From Phoronis australis (taxonomy: Eukaryota; Animalia; Phoronida), in the NCBI GenBank assembly GCA_002633005.1, contig NMRA01000654.1:122120-186119 (forward strand): a stretch of 64,000 nt of DNA, written 5' to 3'. Under the pieces are notes generated by a model. The model worked only from the letters and a program-made list of their open reading frames with translations. It was not told where the DNA came from and did not search any database. Positions 12,761-64,000 of the stretch are shown here, piece after piece (the stretch's first letter is position 1; each line of letters starts with the position of its first letter). The position numbers were made by a program, and so were the translations under genes.

Positions 12761-15059
12761 AATACTCAGTCAAACTCAATTTTCAAGACCATGGATCGTT
12801 GCTGGTGGGAATGGCGGAGAGCAAATCCACTGATGACGTCACGCAATTATTATGTAATTTTTACGTTTTTTTCTTAATTAAACGTACACGACTGGAAGAA
12901 GAAATGTTTAAAATGTACCAAAATTCTTCCTAACCGAATTCAACTGAGCATTTATGACCATGGTGTGATGGTTTAACACTAGACTACTTCCTGATTTGGG
13001 AGTTGCCGATTATACTCTCTTCTGATTCGTCGTGAAAATGACGTTGCAACGAAGACTGGAACCAAGGCCACAGCAAAAAGTGGTTATCTCAAGAATATAT
13101 TCAGGATCTGATTGATTGTGTACAGAATAATACCATTATAACAAAAGAAAAGTGTTCTGTGTGTTCTCTACAGCTTTTTTAAATGGCGCGAAAATGAACA
13201 ACAAATGGGCTATTCAACTTTCAAATACCAAAGTACGTGAATACTGTCAGAAAAGCTACAGTTTAGATTGTATTAATGAAGGTGGCTGCGCAATCAGTGG
13301 CCGTGCGAGGATGTTAACGCCAGCCTCGTGCCTGTCTCCAGCGCGCGGTCGACTTCGTGCAAGCCGAAAGTACACTCAACTGTATTGAACTTATTTGGGA
13401 AGTCATTTAAGTTGACTAACCTGATAGGTGTTGTAGTTACAAGCCATGTATTAAGGCACTAGTGCCAGTATACACCGAGATTATAAATGGGTCGCAATTA
13501 CACAGCGGACATCAAAATGGAACAGTAAAGGACAATTATTGTGAAGAGGGGACACTCTGTCCCTTGTTGGGAGGGACAGTCTTCATTACTGAGTTGTGGC
13601 AATTGTTCACTTATTTCGCACAAAATTAATTGCTAAAATTGCGACTTTCTATTTTCTAAGGCTGATTACTTTAATATAAAAATTAACTCCATGACACGTA
13701 CTGTTGTTTTACATCTGCACACTAATAACTAAGCTAACAACAGACTAAAATTTTCTTAATATTTATTTTCGTTCAAAAATTGATAAAGTAAAGTCCGCCA
13801 CAATGTGTGCTAAGTAGATGAAGAACTACCGTAGTCAACGACATGTTGGTGACCAATCACGAGCCAGAAGAGATCGGAGTCGACTAGAGTAGTCTCTGAT
13901 GGGTACTATTAAATCTAGAATGCTGGGTGAGGCACTCCTTTGATGACAATTATTAGAGGTGTGCACCACCAGCCGTTCAGTTGGGTCAACACGCGTACTT
14001 GGTAGGTGATACCCTGGATCACGGTCTTCTATTACCGAATTATACATGAAAAAATTCAAGGATCTCTAAAACGCAAAACTTTACAATTTGTTGTTGAAAC
14101 CACTCGGTTAAAATACACTTCAATCTTCGTGGACTTTCACTCCAAATGGCATTGGGGTTCAGTTATTCTAAATTTTAATGAAAGGCATTCGTACCTAGTA
14201 CGACGATCATGCCGCTGTGGGGATGGTTTCTCAGACCATAAATAAAGGGACCCAATACTTTCGAACTGTCCCTGTAGACCACCACTCCCCTCCTGGGATT
14301 TCGAGCACCTCCTACCGACAAATTTCTGCTTAATTATACACCATTCTGCACTCGGTCACTACCATTTTGCCCGTCACAGTATCTAGTTATACAAACGAGA
14401 CGGTGGCCATGTGGATGCGAAGTGGGGCTCTGGTTTGTGGTTGTGGGGTTGGGGTGGGGGGGGGGGNTCCCGTGCCCTTTAGAATAATTGATGGGAGAGA
14501 GCGATACAAAGCTCAGATATTTCGTGAATCTCCGTTGGAACTTCGCTGAATTACAGGTCTGAATCCCTTCACATCTACGTTCGACATTTCCCTCCCACCA
14601 TTCTTTATTTTGGTAAAACTCATGAATATCCATAAGCTCCTAGTTTGACAGATCATCAACAACACGTGCCTCTGTTTTGTTTGCGTGCAGAGCCAGTAAA
14701 ATCGATCGTGATCCCTCGGGTAATATGGGCTGTCTAAAAATCCGTTAACAGTTGTCCGTGTTGAACAAAGGACTCATTTTGATTCGCAGAGGAAACACGA
14801 CACTCGCAGCATAAACAGTTTGGAAGGACAAGGCGAGGCGCTTTTTATCTGGGAATATTATCATATTGGTTTTGAGATTTTTATATTCCTCATTGAAAAT
14901 CAAATCTATATACAATTACTTCTAGTGTGGTGTGATAAAATTGATACAGATATATTGGCGTAATTGGAATATTTCAATAAGTTTGAATTTTGACATCATG
15001 TAGACTGAATAAAAAAGAGAAACGTCGTCTGAGCCATATTTTACTAGTGAATGGGCGTT

Positions 15060-15657
15060 CCAGAGTTGTTAAGCCAGCACGTGCTGATGATTGACGTTTT
15101 TATATTTACAATAGGTGTGTCTTAGAAGTGACTATCACCTAATATACGAGATATCATTGGTCAACTTTATTTACTGGGCATAAGTAATAAGCCCACGTGC
15201 CGTTGTACCGTTTGAACCTAGGTTGGCTGATCGGGCCAATCAAAAGCGTTCCTTATAAGGCAAATAATGCAAGTCTATTTGCGTTGCGCTATTGTTACTC
15301 GCTTCTAATCCCCGCATGTAGATTGATCGAGTGTGTGTGGTATTGGAAGGACGACCGTTGGATTTTCCCAGGCACAAATTTCACCGATTTCGTTAAGATT
15401 ACGTCCACAAGGACCTTGACTTCGCTACACAGACCGAGACTACGCCCTCTGGATTAATTTGAGCTCGGTTTCGGATCCCAACTCGCCCGAATTCACCCGG
15501 GAGTTATCAACGAGGTTTGCACGAGTGTATAACCAACCAGTCTTTGTGTGCCGAGGAAAACATCAGGGTCGCGGCACCAAATGAAGGCGTGGTAGTCTTT
15601 TAATTCTAAGGATTACGTGTGTGTGTCAAGAAGCCACTTCGACGACATAACAGAGAG
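15060..15657 (+). promoter_or_regulatory. Probable groucho proximal promoter / 5' UTR
   Basis: Directly upstream of the start codon, relatively CpG-rich; CCAAT box at 15236-15240; CACGTG E-boxes at 15078-15083 and 15194-15199. The TSS cannot be determined from sequence. Confidence 0.45.
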
Positions 15658-63330
<47,673 letters not shown>

Positions 63331-64000
63331 ACTCATGTCAACTGGAATTTGGTTTAGGGGTATAGAATTTTCAAAATGTTGAATTTCTGAATGATCTCGC
63401 CAGTCTTTAGTGGACAATTTACACAGCAGCATTGTTTCTGCGTCAGTTAATTAATCCGTTCTTGTCAACATTAAATATAAGCTTGAATTTTGAAAACCTT
63501 TCTTATACAAAATCACCAGGTGTGACGTCACTAACCTTTTTAAGATCATAATCATTCAGATTTTTATTGCGTGAAACACGTTTGCATTTTGGATATTCAG
63601 TTGTATTCTGTACGATATCAGCAGGGATTGTGTAATACTTGATCAGTTTGGACATCTTGAAGTGTGTGTACTACCAGTTATCCATTTTATATTGCACAGT
63701 GATCTTTGCACTAAAGCACATCTGGGCTGACATCTGAAGCAGACATCTGGAATGAATCTTGGTCTAAGAATTCGCTCACAAGACAAGAGTCACCAGGTGA
63801 CAATCTGTAACCATTCAATTTTCAAGTGGAACAAAAGACTATTATTCATCGAACATACATTTTGAGAATGGGATCGGCAGCGACAATCTGCTAGAGGAAT
63901 CATTTTTTTGCTTTTGCTAGTTATTTGACAAGCAAATATACGAAGTCTGGACTCTCAGTGCCTGCTTATATTGTCATATTAATTTCGCTTACTGCAAGGT

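Overview
Eukaryotic (animal, probably invertebrate) draft-genome window with two N gaps (7768-7955, 20581-21243). It contains one complete + strand groucho/TLE co-repressor gene. I assembled 18 coding exons by hand from ATG 15658 to TAG 63330; all have GT-AG boundaries with matching phases, giving 2151 nt / 716 aa (Q, GP, CcN, SP and WD40 regions). The upstream 15 kb and the introns hold decayed mobile elements: a TTAA-flanked Kolobok-type element nested in an L2/CR1-type LINE, a second related THAP-bearing relic, a Harbinger derivative inserted in a SINE relic, a TA-flanked Tc1/mariner-type element and a 429-bp foldback element. There are also many short tandem duplications. The most notable signals concern groucho splicing: a 42-bp duplication of the exon 6 acceptor, a tandem array that copies the exon 14 donor, and a candidate terminal exon that would give a 197-aa AES/Grg5-like short form. 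The introns also carry many CTCF-like motifs. I found no prokaryotic-type system (CRISPR, operon), and no clearly new biological system can be established from sequence alone.
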